Of a stretch of 64,000 bases of DNA, positions 48,916-58,568 are shown one piece after another (position 1 is the first letter of the stretch; the number at the start of each line of letters is the position of its first letter). Source of the DNA: Candidatus Latescibacterota bacterium (GTDB lineage: Bacteria > Latescibacterota > UBA2968 > UBA8231); NCBI GenBank assembly GCA_965197905.1, contig CBDAOB010000005.1:1632001-1696000 (forward strand), given 5' to 3'. Both the position numbers and the translations under genes were made by a program. The notes under the pieces were generated by a model. That model saw only the letters and a list, made by a program, of their open reading frames with translations, searched no databases and was not told the DNA's origin.

Positions 48916-49811
48916 TGATGATCGCCATCGACTACGCCCGATTCAATCTCCTGCATGCACGCGGTGCGGCGGTGTGTCGTAAGACCGCTTGGCGCAGCGC
49001 CCTGAGTGCCGTCGCCGTCGTGGCCATCCTGACGTCAACGGTCCGCGCCCAGCCTCTCGACCTGCAGCTGCTGGACGACATAGGTTTGGATCAGAACCTG
49101 GATGGGCAGATACCTCTCGAACTCACGTTTATCGATGAGAAGGGCCGCACCGTTGCTCTTGGAGACCTACTGGGCGACAAGCCGGTGCTGCTGAGCTTTG
49201 TGTACTACGAGTGCCCCATGCTGTGCACCCAGATTCTCAACGGGCTGACGAAAAGTTTGCGGGTGCTCTCCTTCGATGTGGGGAAGGAGTTCGATGTTAT
49301 CACCGTCAGCATTGACCCCGGTGAGACACCGAGCCTCGCTGCGGCGAAGAAGCAGGAGTACGTGAAGTGGTACGGCCGGTCCAGCGCAGAACGCGGGTGG
49401 CACTTTCTCACTGGGCGCCAGGATCAGATCGAGCTACTGACACAGGCCGCAGGATTCCGTTATCAGTACGACCCGGAAACCGATCTGTACCGTCACGCCA
49501 GCGGCATCATGGTACTTACCCCCGAGGGAAAGCTCGCCCGTTACTTCTATGGGATCGACTACGCTCCCAAGGACGTCCGACTTGGCCTCATCGAGGCATC
49601 GCAGAACAAGATCGGCTCTCCGGTGGACCAGTTACTCTTGTTCTGCTATAAGTACGACCCGTCAACCGGAAAGTACGGTCTGGTAATAATGAACTCCGTG
49701 CGCATCGCCGGCGCGCTGACGGTGGTGACCATAGGGGCGTTCGTAGTCCTCATGTTGCGCCGGGAACGCCGCGCGAGATTGACGCACGGGACCGCCGGCG
49801 CCCCTGCATAG
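48915..49811 (+). CDS. SCO family copper chaperone
   Basis: YYECPMLC, WHFLTG, HASG. Confidence 0.92.
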   Translation: MMIAIDYARFNLLHARGAAVCRKTAWRSALSAVAVVAILTSTVRAQPLDLQLLDDIGLDQNLDGQIPLELTFIDEKGRTVALGDLLGDKPVLLSFVYYECPMLCTQILNGLTKSLRVLSFDVGKEFDVITVSIDPGETPSLAAAKKQEYVKWYGRSSAERGWHFLTGRQDQIELLTQAAGFRYQYDPETDLYRHASGIMVLTPEGKLARYFYGIDYAPKDVRLGLIEASQNKIGSPVDQLLLFCYKYDPSTGKYGLVIMNSVRIAGALTVVTIGAFVVLMLRRERRARLTHGTAGAPA

Positions 49812-49871
49812 GTAACCCGACTAGTCTGTGCCGCCGAGGTGACGACGAATCGTGAAATGGGCTGACTGAAT

Positions 49872-50807
49872 ATGTCCGACAACTTTAAACTGTTTCCGGA
49901 GCAAGCCTCCACTTTTGCACTACAGGTGGACGGCCTCTATTTCCTGTTGCTCTTCCTGGGTGTGTTTTTCGCGGTAGGTGTAGTCTTCTTCCTCATCCTG
50001 TTTGCGGTCAAATACCGGCGGCGATCCGAGGACGAGCGCCCTGTGCCGATCGAAGGCTCCATGCCGCTCGAATTGACCTGGAGTATCATTCCTCTCGTTC
50101 TCTCGCTTGTTGTTTTTGCCCTCGGTGCGGGAATCTTTTTCAGGATGTACAATCCCCCTGCGAATGCGATTGATATCTACGTCGTGGGCAAGCAATGGAT
50201 GTGGAAGGTCCAGCACCCTCAGGGCAAGCGCGAGATCAATGAGTTGCACGTCCCGGTAAACCAGCCAGTGCGGCTCACGTTGGCCTCAGAGGACGTGATT
50301 CACGCCTTCTTCGTTCCAGCCTTCCGCGTTAAGAGAGACGTTGTCCCGGGGCGATATAACACCATGTGGTTCGAAGCTACCAAGGTGGGAGAGTATCACC
50401 TATTCTGCGCCGAATACTGCGGCACTCAGCATTCCGGTATGATCGGACGCATCGTCGTCATGGAGCAGGAGGAGTTTCAAAACTGGCTGAGCGGCGGAGC
50501 TACGGGCGAAACGATGGTAGAAGCGGGCGCGCGCCAGTTCCAACAATTGGGTTGTGACACGTGCCACAAAGAGTCCGACCAGGGCCGCGGCCCGAAATTG
50601 ACAGGAGTTTTTGGGAAGCCGGTGCAGATCACTACCGGCGAAACAGTGATCGCAGACAAGGATTATCTGCGAAGCTCGATCCTGGACCCCGGCGGCCAAA
50701 TCGTCGGCGGATACAAACCTATCATGCCCACCTTTCAGGGGCAGATCAGTGAGGAAACGCTGATGCAGATCATCAGTTACATCGAATCCTTGAGTGACTC
50801 CGAGTAG
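49872..50807 (+). CDS. coxB: Cytochrome caa3 oxidase subunit II with C-terminal cytochrome c
   Basis: DVIH and CAEYCGTQHSGM CuA site; CDTCH. Confidence 0.95.
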   Translation: MSDNFKLFPEQASTFALQVDGLYFLLLFLGVFFAVGVVFFLILFAVKYRRRSEDERPVPIEGSMPLELTWSIIPLVLSLVVFALGAGIFFRMYNPPANAIDIYVVGKQWMWKVQHPQGKREINELHVPVNQPVRLTLASEDVIHAFFVPAFRVKRDVVPGRYNTMWFEATKVGEYHLFCAEYCGTQHSGMIGRIVVMEQEEFQNWLSGGATGETMVEAGARQFQQLGCDTCHKESDQGRGPKLTGVFGKPVQITTGETVIADKDYLRSSILDPGGQIVGGYKPIMPTFQGQISEETLMQIISYIESLSDSE

Positions 50808-50831
50808 GGCCGGTCGGAAAGCAGGCAACGG

Positions 50832-52547
50832 GTGACAACGGACACAAAGGTCGAAACGAACACAACGGCCAATCAAAGCAACGGCGGGGACGTGAATTAT
50901 CTGAACGTTCGCTACGGCATCAAGTCCTGGCTGCTGACCCTCGATCACAAGCGCATCGGCATTCTGTACTTGGTCACGACCACCGCGTTCTTCATGGTCG
51001 GCGGTGTATTCGCGACGCTGATTCGACTCGAGTTGCTGACCCCAGGCGGCGATCTGGTTGAAGCCGACACGTATAACAAGCTGTTCACGATGCACGGCGT
51101 GGCAATGATCTTCTTCTTTCTCATTCCCTCCGTGCCGGCTGTACTGGGAAACTTCGTCTTGCCGATCCAGATAGGCGCTAAGGATGTGGCATTCCCCAGG
51201 CTCAACCTTCTGAGCTGGTACTGCTTCATGGCCGGCGGCACCCTGGCAACAGTGGCGATCGTCATGGGCGGCATCGACACGGGATGGACCTTCTATACAC
51301 CTTACAGCAGCACCTACTCAAGCTACTACGTGGCGCTAGCCCTTACCGGCGTATTCATCAACGGCTTCTCATCCATCCTCACCGGTGTGAACTTCCTGAC
51401 CACCGTCCACAAGATGCGGGCACCGGGCATGACATGGTTCCGGCTGCCGCTCTTCATCTGGGCGCAGTACGCCTCCAGCATCATCATGATCCTCGGTACA
51501 CCGGTCGTGGCTATAACACTCTTGCTCGTGGCCTTGGAGAATCTGTTCCGAATCGGAATTTTCGATCCTGCCCTCGGTGGGGACCCGATCCTGTTCCAGC
51601 ACATGTTCTGGTTCTACTCGCACCCGGCGGTGTACATCATGATCGTGCCCGGTTTCGGTGTGATCAGCGAGGTGATTGCCTGTTTCGCCCGCAAACGCAT
51701 TTTCGGATACTCTTTTGTCGCTTTTTCCAGCCTCGCTATTGCCGTGCTCGGCTTCTTAGTGTGGGGGCACCACATGTTCACGACCGGCCAGTCGATGTAC
51801 GCCGGAATGGTCTTCTCCTTTATCTCCTTTCTCGTTGGTGTCCCAACCGCGGTCAAGATCTTCAACTGGACCGCCACCCTTTACAAGGGGTCGATCTCCC
51901 TGGAGACACCGATGTACTACGCTCTGGGGTTCATAGGCCTGTTCATCATGGGGGGTATCACTGGCCTATTCCTGTCCACCATCGCCGTGGACATCCATCT
52001 CCACGACACCTATTTCGTCGTCGCTCACTTTCACTTTGTCATGGTGGGAGGGATGGTGATGGCGTACCTGGCGGGAATCCACTTCTGGTGGCCGAAGATA
52101 ACCGGGCGGGTGTACTCCGAAGGATGGGCTAAGGCCAGTGCTCTTCTGATCTTCTTCGGATTCACCCTCACCTTCTTCCCCCAGTTCGTTCTCGGCTATC
52201 TGGGCATGCCGCGAAGATATCACGTATACCCGGAGGAATTCCAGATCCTGAACGTCATGTCCACCGCAGGTGCTTCCATCCTTGCCGCAGGCTACGGAAT
52301 CCTTTTTGTCTACCTCTTTGTTTCCTTGTGGACCGGGCGCAAAGCTGGACCGAACCCCTGGCGAGCCAAGGGGCTGGAGTGGGAGATACCCTCCCCACCC
52401 GGTCCTCACAACTTCGATGCTACACCGATAGTAACGCAGGAAGCCTACGCCTACGAGGAAGAGGATGTCATTTTAATCACAACCGATGCGGGGGTCCGGG
52501 AGGTTCCGGCAAGAAGAAAAACGCCTAGAAGAAGGCAAGATAGATGA
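50832..52547 (+). CDS. coxA: Cytochrome c oxidase subunit I (A2 type)
   Basis: [31 protein letters not shown]. Confidence 0.96.
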   Translation: MTTDTKVETNTTANQSNGGDVNYLNVRYGIKSWLLTLDHKRIGILYLVTTTAFFMVGGVFATLIRLELLTPGGDLVEADTYNKLFTMHGVAMIFFFLIPSVPAVLGNFVLPIQIGAKDVAFPRLNLLSWYCFMAGGTLATVAIVMGGIDTGWTFYTPYSSTYSSYYVALALTGVFINGFSSILTGVNFLTTVHKMRAPGMTWFRLPLFIWAQYASSIIMILGTPVVAITLLLVALENLFRIGIFDPALGGDPILFQHMFWFYSHPAVYIMIVPGFGVISEVIACFARKRIFGYSFVAFSSLAIAVLGFLVWGHHMFTTGQSMYAGMVFSFISFLVGVPTAVKIFNWTATLYKGSISLETPMYYALGFIGLFIMGGITGLFLSTIAVDIHLHDTYFVVAHFHFVMVGGMVMAYLAGIHFWWPKITGRVYSEGWAKASALLIFFGFTLTFFPQFVLGYLGMPRRYHVYPEEFQILNVMSTAGASILAAGYGILFVYLFVSLWTGRKAGPNPWRAKGLEWEIPSPPGPHNFDATPIVTQEAYAYEEEDVILITTDAGVREVPARRKTPRRRQDR

Positions 52548-53209
52548 GTTCGCACGCCCATCCTGTAGCGCTGAATCACCAGTTCGAGGATCTGCAGCAG
52601 CAGAACGCAGCCGCCAACATGGGAATGTGGGCGTTTATCGCCCAGGAAATCATGTTTTTCGGCGGGCTCTTCGGCGCCTACACCGTATACCGCTACAAGT
52701 ATCTGGCGGCGTTCACCGAGGGCAGCAACCACCTCTCCATCGAGTGGGGGGCACTCAACACAGCGGTTTTGATCGCCAGCAGTTTTACCATGGCCATGGC
52801 CGTCCGAGCCGCCCAGCAGGGAATGAAGAACGGACTCCTCGGGTGGATTCTGGCCACCATGGCCCTGGGAACGACCTTCCTGGTCGTCAAGTACATCGAG
52901 TACTCCCACAAGTATCACGAAGGCCTGATTCCCGGAGCTTCCTTCTCCTACGACAGTCCGATGGCCGGACAGCTGAAGATCTTCTTCTCCTTTTACTTCG
53001 CCATGACGGGGATGCACGCCCTGCACATGATCATCGGGCTTGGAATCATGATCTGGCTGATTCCGCGAATTCGCCGCGGCACCTATACACATGAGTATTT
53101 CTCCCCGATCGAGAACTTCGGCCTCTACTGGCACTTCGTCGACATCGTTTGGATCTTCCTGTTTCCTCTGCTCTACCTGATCGGACGGGACCCATGGATA
53201 GTCATGTAG
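52544..53209 (+). CDS. coxC: Cytochrome c oxidase subunit III
   Basis: [25 protein letters not shown]. Confidence 0.94.
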   Translation: MSSHAHPVALNHQFEDLQQQNAAANMGMWAFIAQEIMFFGGLFGAYTVYRYKYLAAFTEGSNHLSIEWGALNTAVLIASSFTMAMAVRAAQQGMKNGLLGWILATMALGTTFLVVKYIEYSHKYHEGLIPGASFSYDSPMAGQLKIFFSFYFAMTGMHALHMIIGLGIMIWLIPRIRRGTYTHEYFSPIENFGLYWHFVDIVWIFLFPLLYLIGRDPWIVM

Positions 53210-53502
53210 TTCCGATAAAGCTGTACGCGACGATTGTCGGGTGCCTGTTCTTCCTAACCGTGATTACGATTTTGGCCGCGTTCGTCGAACTGGGCGCCCT
53301 GAATACTCCCTTAGCTCTTGGAATCGCCCTTCTCAAGGGAACGCTCGTCGTCCTGTTCTTCATGCACGTCCGCTACAACAGTCCGCTCATGTGGGTGTTT
53401 GCCGCCGGCGGGTTCTTCATGTTGCTCATTCTTTTCGCCCTGCTGATGCAGGACTACATGAGCCGTGGCTGGGAACAGCCCCCAGCGGAATTCTTGCTCT
53501 AG
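53194..53502 (+). CDS. coxD: Cytochrome c oxidase subunit IV
   Basis: Three TM helices, [12 protein letters not shown]. Confidence 0.88.
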   Translation: MDSHVVPIKLYATIVGCLFFLTVITILAAFVELGALNTPLALGIALLKGTLVVLFFMHVRYNSPLMWVFAAGGFFMLLILFALLMQDYMSRGWEQPPAEFLL

Positions 53503-53604
53503 TTCCTTCTGCTAGAACGTCGTAGCTCCAGTTCCGGCCCGTTACAACGGGTGCCAGCGATGGCACGGGTCTCCACTGGCGGGTAGGACCGCAGACCACC
53601 CAGA

Positions 53605-53639
53605 AAATGAAAGAGGCCGACCACATGGGGTCCGCCTCT
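53605..53639 (-). terminator. Terminator between the convergent respiratory operons
   Basis: AGAGGCGGACC/GGTCGGCCTCT stem (one mismatch) followed by TTCATTTT on the minus strand. Confidence 0.55.
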
Positions 53640-53693
53640 CGTTGTACGCGAATGCGTCTTTTGCCTGTCAGATCTATAGCAGTTTTGACCGCC

Positions 53694-54425
53694 TCACTTC
53701 TTCTTCTTCCGACTGGGCGGCTTAAGACCGAAATTCACCGTCACCGCACCATCCGCTACCTCGACCTCCTGGACCTGAGTCGTGAAGAACTCGTGCCACG
53801 CTTCGAGGGTGTATTTCCCGGCGGGTAGGTTCTCGATGGTGAAGCTGCCGTCGGCCGCGCTCACGGCGAAGAAGGGGTGTGGCAGGACGCCGATGTAGGC
53901 TGCCATCCAGGGGTGTACGTCGCACTTGAAGGGGACCATGACCTCCGGCTGCGAAAACATCTTGCCCGGCACCGGCAGCTTCTTGATGCGGGCTGGCATG
54001 GCCTTGTTGAACTCCTCGTTGAGCTTGGGCATCATGTGCACGTTGTGCATGATGCGGTCGCTGTTGAGGATCCTCAGGGGCTGTCCCACCATCAAGCCCA
54101 GAACCCGCGGCGTGTAGGCACAACCGACCTGATCCAGCTCCCCCGGTCTCCTAGGGGTTTCGAATGTCTGTCCTTCGAGTCCGGTCTTTATGTAGACAAA
54201 GACGTTCTTCACGTTCTTGTTCGCATCGACGACGTAGCGCTCCGAGATGTGTGGCTCCGTGTGCTTGGCTACGCAATCGGCGTCGCTCTCCATCTTCACC
54301 GGCTTTGCCGGCGGGATCTTCTTAGCATCTATCTTCACCACACCGCTAATCGTGCCCGACACCGCGGGGCCTACCGCCAAAGCGACAGCAGCGGCGATTA
54401 CCATTGACAGCTTTCCAACACCCAT
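53694..54425 (-). CDS. Exported cupredoxin-like / carboxypeptidase-regulatory-like domain protein
   Basis: Signal peptide; DQVGCAYTP, HNVH, CDVHPWM, GKYTLEAWHE. Confidence 0.8.
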   Translation of the reverse strand: MGVGKLSMVIAAAVALAVGPAVSGTISGVVKIDAKKIPPAKPVKMESDADCVAKHTEPHISERYVVDANKNVKNVFVYIKTGLEGQTFETPRRPGELDQVGCAYTPRVLGLMVGQPLRILNSDRIMHNVHMMPKLNEEFNKAMPARIKKLPVPGKMFSQPEVMVPFKCDVHPWMAAYIGVLPHPFFAVSAADGSFTIENLPAGKYTLEAWHEFFTTQVQEVEVADGAVTVNFGLKPPSRKKKK

Positions 54426-54582
54426 CTCATCCTCCTTCTACAGTTGAGTTCTGTTGATTAGCCGGAACCTTGATACATTCGCGAAACCCTCCACAACGAT
54501 CTCGTTTGTTGCATGTTGTGCTCACCTTGTCTGCCTGAGTGGATTCTGCGGGACCGAGCTTTGCGCGACCGTTGCGAAACGG

Positions 54583-56214
54583 TCATTCGCTCCCGCGCCG
54601 CAAGCTCCTCCTTGCCGCGAACTGCATGGCGATCGTCAGCAAGGCGCCCGCCAGTGCGAGGAAGTAGGGCCTCCTGGTAGCGGGCTTCTCGAGGAGCAAA
54701 TAATACCAGGTGGATATCGAGCGTCTAGTACCCACCTCACCGTTCCACCCATCCCAGGCCGTAAAGGCGATCGGAATGAAAGCTCCCGCCTCGAGCTGTA
54801 GGTCGTTTTTATCCTCCGTGTGCAAAGATCTGTGGATCAATAGCTGGTAGCGACCGTCGGCATAGGCGATTCTGCCGCGCACGTCCTGGGCATCGGCCGG
54901 CTGCTCTTGGAACCGGGTCATACCCTTCGCCCTTCCCTCTCTGACCTTCGCCGACACCCCCTCGCGCAGTTCCGGGGACGGAGATGGACTAGCTTCCCAG
55001 ACCCACGCGTATGCGGCGCGGCGCGCGTCACCCATGAGGAAGTGCGGGCGCTCCGCCCCGTCGGGAATCTTCGTGGGGAACTGCACGGCCAGAGCGTCGC
55101 CCAGCATCGATGCTCCCTGCTCTTCGTCTGACACGGCCGCGTCTTCGTCGCCCGCCTCGTCGACGGTAGCGAGGCTCAGAGAGGGGTCATGCCAGGTCAA
55201 GAGAATCGCCACCTCCTCCCCGTTGTGCATGGACTTGACAAAAACGGCCGTCACGGTGGGATCAAAAAGGCGAGGCTCGATGATCACCTGCCCAGCGAGC
55301 GGAAACATCGCACCCTCCCCCGCGCCCCAGCGCGGGTCGTCTGCGCTCTGTGGCAGTTCGCCTTCCACCAAGGCAGATTTCAGGACGATGGCGGCTTCCG
55401 GTTTCTCCGCCGGCGACAGGGAGCGCACATAGTTGGCCAGGTGCCAGGTCTTGACGCGGATGTCGCGCATAGCATTGTCATACATCTCCTGCTGCTCAGG
55501 GGAGATCTCCTCCTCGTCCTCGATCATGATCTGAATGTCCTCGACCTCCATATCCATCGGAAAACCATCTTTGATCGAGGGCATGGGAGTCCCAGCCAGA
55601 CCGGCCATGAAGCGCCTGTAGAGATCCTCCTGCGCATCCCCACCCCGAAATTGCCAGCTCATGGTCAAATCAGCCGGTCGCGTCGGAAACTTCCACTCAT
55701 CTACTAGAGTGAGACCCGAAGGACCGTCGCCGCGTCCCTGCTCGCCGTGACACTTGGCGCATTCGAGCATCTCGAAGATTTTGCGTCCCTCTGACACACT
55801 TTCCTCAGAAGGAGGCACTCTATCCACCATCGCTATCTCCACGGGCGGTGCCGTGGCGCGCTCGAATTGCTTGGAGAAGGTCTTGAGGTAAGCCACGACG
55901 GCGCGCCGCTCCTCGTCGGTGAGCCCGGGCCACCCCGGCATGGAGGTGCCCGGCATACCGTCGGTGACGATGCGGAGCAGGTCGTCGTCGGTGGGCAACT
56001 CGCGCGACTCGGTGGAACGGATCTTGTACTGCCCCCGCGTGAAGTCCCGCGGGCGCGGGTTCAAGGTCTCGGCCCCAGAACCGTCGCCCTTTCCCTTCTC
56101 GCCGTGACAATGGGCGCACTTGTCGTCGTATATTTCCTTTCCTCGGCCAAAGTCCCCGGCTGTAGCCTGCGCCTGAGCTTGTCCCATAACCCCAAGCGCC
56201 AGTGCGCTGGCCAT
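54583..56214 (-). CDS. Diheme cytochrome c fused to an ethylbenzene dehydrogenase gamma-like (DOMON heme b) domain with C-terminal TM; start uncertain
   Basis: CAHCH and CAKCH, PRPRDFT, LTWHDP, DALAVQFP, PHFLMGD, IAFTAWDG. Confidence 0.83.
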   Translation of the reverse strand: MASALALGVMGQAQAQATAGDFGRGKEIYDDKCAHCHGEKGKGDGSGAETLNPRPRDFTRGQYKIRSTESRELPTDDDLLRIVTDGMPGTSMPGWPGLTDEERRAVVAYLKTFSKQFERATAPPVEIAMVDRVPPSEESVSEGRKIFEMLECAKCHGEQGRGDGPSGLTLVDEWKFPTRPADLTMSWQFRGGDAQEDLYRRFMAGLAGTPMPSIKDGFPMDMEVEDIQIMIEDEEEISPEQQEMYDNAMRDIRVKTWHLANYVRSLSPAEKPEAAIVLKSALVEGELPQSADDPRWGAGEGAMFPLAGQVIIEPRLFDPTVTAVFVKSMHNGEEVAILLTWHDPSLSLATVDEAGDEDAAVSDEEQGASMLGDALAVQFPTKIPDGAERPHFLMGDARRAAYAWVWEASPSPSPELREGVSAKVREGRAKGMTRFQEQPADAQDVRGRIAYADGRYQLLIHRSLHTEDKNDLQLEAGAFIPIAFTAWDGWNGEVGTRRSISTWYYLLLEKPATRRPYFLALAGALLTIAMQFAARRSLRRGSE

Positions 56215-56417
56215 GGCGACCGCAAACAGGGCGAGCCGTCTCGAAACCAGTGCCGTTTCACAGAAGTAGGATTGAGATTTGGGCGCCAAGTCACCCGGCC
56301 TGCAAGGCGCACTATCGAGGCGTATTGACGGAATACACCGAGGGAGTGCAACGCAGAAGGACGGGATGAATCGGCGCCCAAATACAAGCATAGTTCTGTG
56401 ACACGGCACTATCATAC

Positions 56418-57158
56418 TCACTCCCATGTCCTAGGCACTTGGTCAGTGGCGTCGTACATGAAGAGGATGACCTGCCAAATCTCCTCCTCCGTAAGCATCT
56501 CCTCCCAGGCGGGCATGGCCGAACTCCACGGCGCTGAGACCACGGGCAATCCCGGTCCACCCTTGCTCACGCGCCAGAACACGAACGATTCCTGCAGCAT
56601 GGCGATGGTCCCAGGGTCTCTGAAGTCTGCAGGCGGGGGATTGAAGGCGTGGGCGAACATACCGTTGCCGGCCAGGTCGTCGCCGTGGCAGAAATGGCAA
56701 TTCTGATAGTAGATGTCCCGTCCCGCCTCCACGTGCCCGCCGTAGTTCTCGCTGTCGTGACGCAGGGGATTCTCCAGCCCGGCGAGGTCGATGTCTCGAC
56801 CGCGGAACTGAATCGTCGCTGGAGGCGCCGGGTGAACGGTCCTGAGCTCTGCCGGGGGATCGCTGCTGACGGACGTGTTGGAGAAGACGATAGCTGCTAC
56901 CATCACCGGCAAGAGCGTAAAAACAACCATACGACGGCCGGCTTTGCCGTCGTCGACCAGCAGTTCTCGTATGGGTCGGACGAACTCTCCGAGCTTTTCG
57001 TTCTCGACGCCGATCTGCGACAGGATCCCGACGATGATGAGACCCATATACAGGTAGAGGATAACCGCAGGCAGCGGGGGACTGATACCGTAGGCCAGGC
57101 CGACGTAACACACGGCCAACAGGATCAGCGCCTTGGAGAAACTGGAGAGCCGACTCAT
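56418..57158 (-). CDS. Membrane-bound monoheme cytochrome c
   Basis: N-terminal TM helices, HPAPP, CHFCH, WSSAMPAWE. Confidence 0.88.
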   Translation of the reverse strand: MSRLSSFSKALILLAVCYVGLAYGISPPLPAVILYLYMGLIIVGILSQIGVENEKLGEFVRPIRELLVDDGKAGRRMVVFTLLPVMVAAIVFSNTSVSSDPPAELRTVHPAPPATIQFRGRDIDLAGLENPLRHDSENYGGHVEAGRDIYYQNCHFCHGDDLAGNGMFAHAFNPPPADFRDPGTIAMLQESFVFWRVSKGGPGLPVVSAPWSSAMPAWEEMLTEEEIWQVILFMYDATDQVPRTWE

Positions 57159-57165
57159 GTTCTCC

Positions 57166-58551
57166 TCACTCGGCGCTCGCCGGCGCAGAGCCCTTGAGGC
57201 TGGCCAGATAGGCGACCAGATCGCGAAATTGCCTCACCGTGATGACGTCGTCGAATTTGGGCATCTTGGATTGCAGCAGAAGCCTGCGCCCGGTAACGCC
57301 GGAGAGATCGCTTTTGGCGATCGTCAGGGTCGTGTCGGCGCTGCGGATCGTCAGGCTGGCCTCATCCTCGCGCTCTATTGGGCCACTCACCTTCTTCCCT
57401 CCGTCGCCGACGACGGCGCTGATCCAGAAGTACCCCCGCTTGGAAATTGACTGTGTGTCAGCTATAGGCAAAAGCGCCAGATCGTCGCGTTGCACGATGC
57501 GCTCGGCACCCTCCGCTGCAGTTTCCTCCAGTGCCACTTCCTCCGTCTCTGCCTCCTCCTCGTCTTCCTCCTCACCCCAACCCCAGTCGTCGTCCTCCTC
57601 TTCCTCCACCTGATCGAGCTGCAACACCAGGGCGTCGCCCTCTTCCCTGACGAGCCTTCCGGTGAGTTCCTCACCGTTTGCGAGGCTAAGTGTCGTCGAT
57701 CCGTACCCCTGAACGATCTTGGCGTTGGGATCTAAGATCGACTCCTCCATGTAGTCCAACGTGTTTAGGGCCCCGATCTCCGTCAGGTCGGGACCGACCT
57801 CCAGCAGGACCTCGGCTGCGCCCACTCGGTGGCACTTGCTGCATTGCAGCTCTTCGACAAAGACCACCTGACCCGCCTGAGGATCTCCCTGGGGTAGCTT
57901 CACTGGGACTGCAGCGGCCGCGGCAATGTCGATGGGCGGGACAATGGCCGTAACATCCGGTTCTCCGCCCTGGCTTTGGAGAAAGGCGATCAACGTTTCG
58001 ATTTCCAGGGGGGAGAGGGCAAGCGGTGCCTTCCATGCTGGAGGCATTATGTTGCCGTATCCCTTTACCAGATAGACCTCCGGCAGGTAAAGCGCTTCCA
58101 CCAGATACGCCCGCGCCGACATGCCTTCCCGGCGTCCTCCGCCGGTGACGCCGATACCGCTCAGGTCCGGACAACGCGGCGTCGTCGCCGACGCCCCTAT
58201 GACGTGGCAAGTAGAGCATTTGCCCTTGCCGTAGAAGATCGACTTCCCCGCCGCGACAAAAGCTTCCGGAGTCCGTTCGATGTCACCCACGGCCACCGCG
58301 GGACCGGAGCTGGACTGGGGGATGAGATTACCCAGCAGGGCGTAGGACCAGATCACCGCCAACGCGAACGTCGCCAGCCGCATCAGCTTGTCCCACACCG
58401 CCATGTTGACGCAGATGGCCAGGAAGACCCACACCGACCACGACAGAATATTCTGGTCGGCCAGAGGAAAGGGCTCAGCTCCCACCAGGAAAGCCCCGAG
58501 GCACACCAAAAGAAGGATGAAGAAGAGACTCTTGACAGCTGGATGGCGCAT
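57166..58551 (-). CDS. Membrane-bound diheme cytochrome c
   Basis: TM helices, CSTCH, CSKCH, GPDLTEIG, ESILDP. Confidence 0.85.
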   Translation of the reverse strand: MRHPAVKSLFFILLLVCLGAFLVGAEPFPLADQNILSWSVWVFLAICVNMAVWDKLMRLATFALAVIWSYALLGNLIPQSSSGPAVAVGDIERTPEAFVAAGKSIFYGKGKCSTCHVIGASATTPRCPDLSGIGVTGGGRREGMSARAYLVEALYLPEVYLVKGYGNIMPPAWKAPLALSPLEIETLIAFLQSQGGEPDVTAIVPPIDIAAAAAVPVKLPQGDPQAGQVVFVEELQCSKCHRVGAAEVLLEVGPDLTEIGALNTLDYMEESILDPNAKIVQGYGSTTLSLANGEELTGRLVREEGDALVLQLDQVEEEEDDDWGWGEEEDEEEAETEEVALEETAAEGAERIVQRDDLALLPIADTQSISKRGYFWISAVVGDGGKKVSGPIEREDEASLTIRSADTTLTIAKSDLSGVTGRRLLLQSKMPKFDDVITVRQFRDLVAYLASLKGSAPASAE

Positions 58552-58568
58552 GGATCCCCCGGCCGCCC

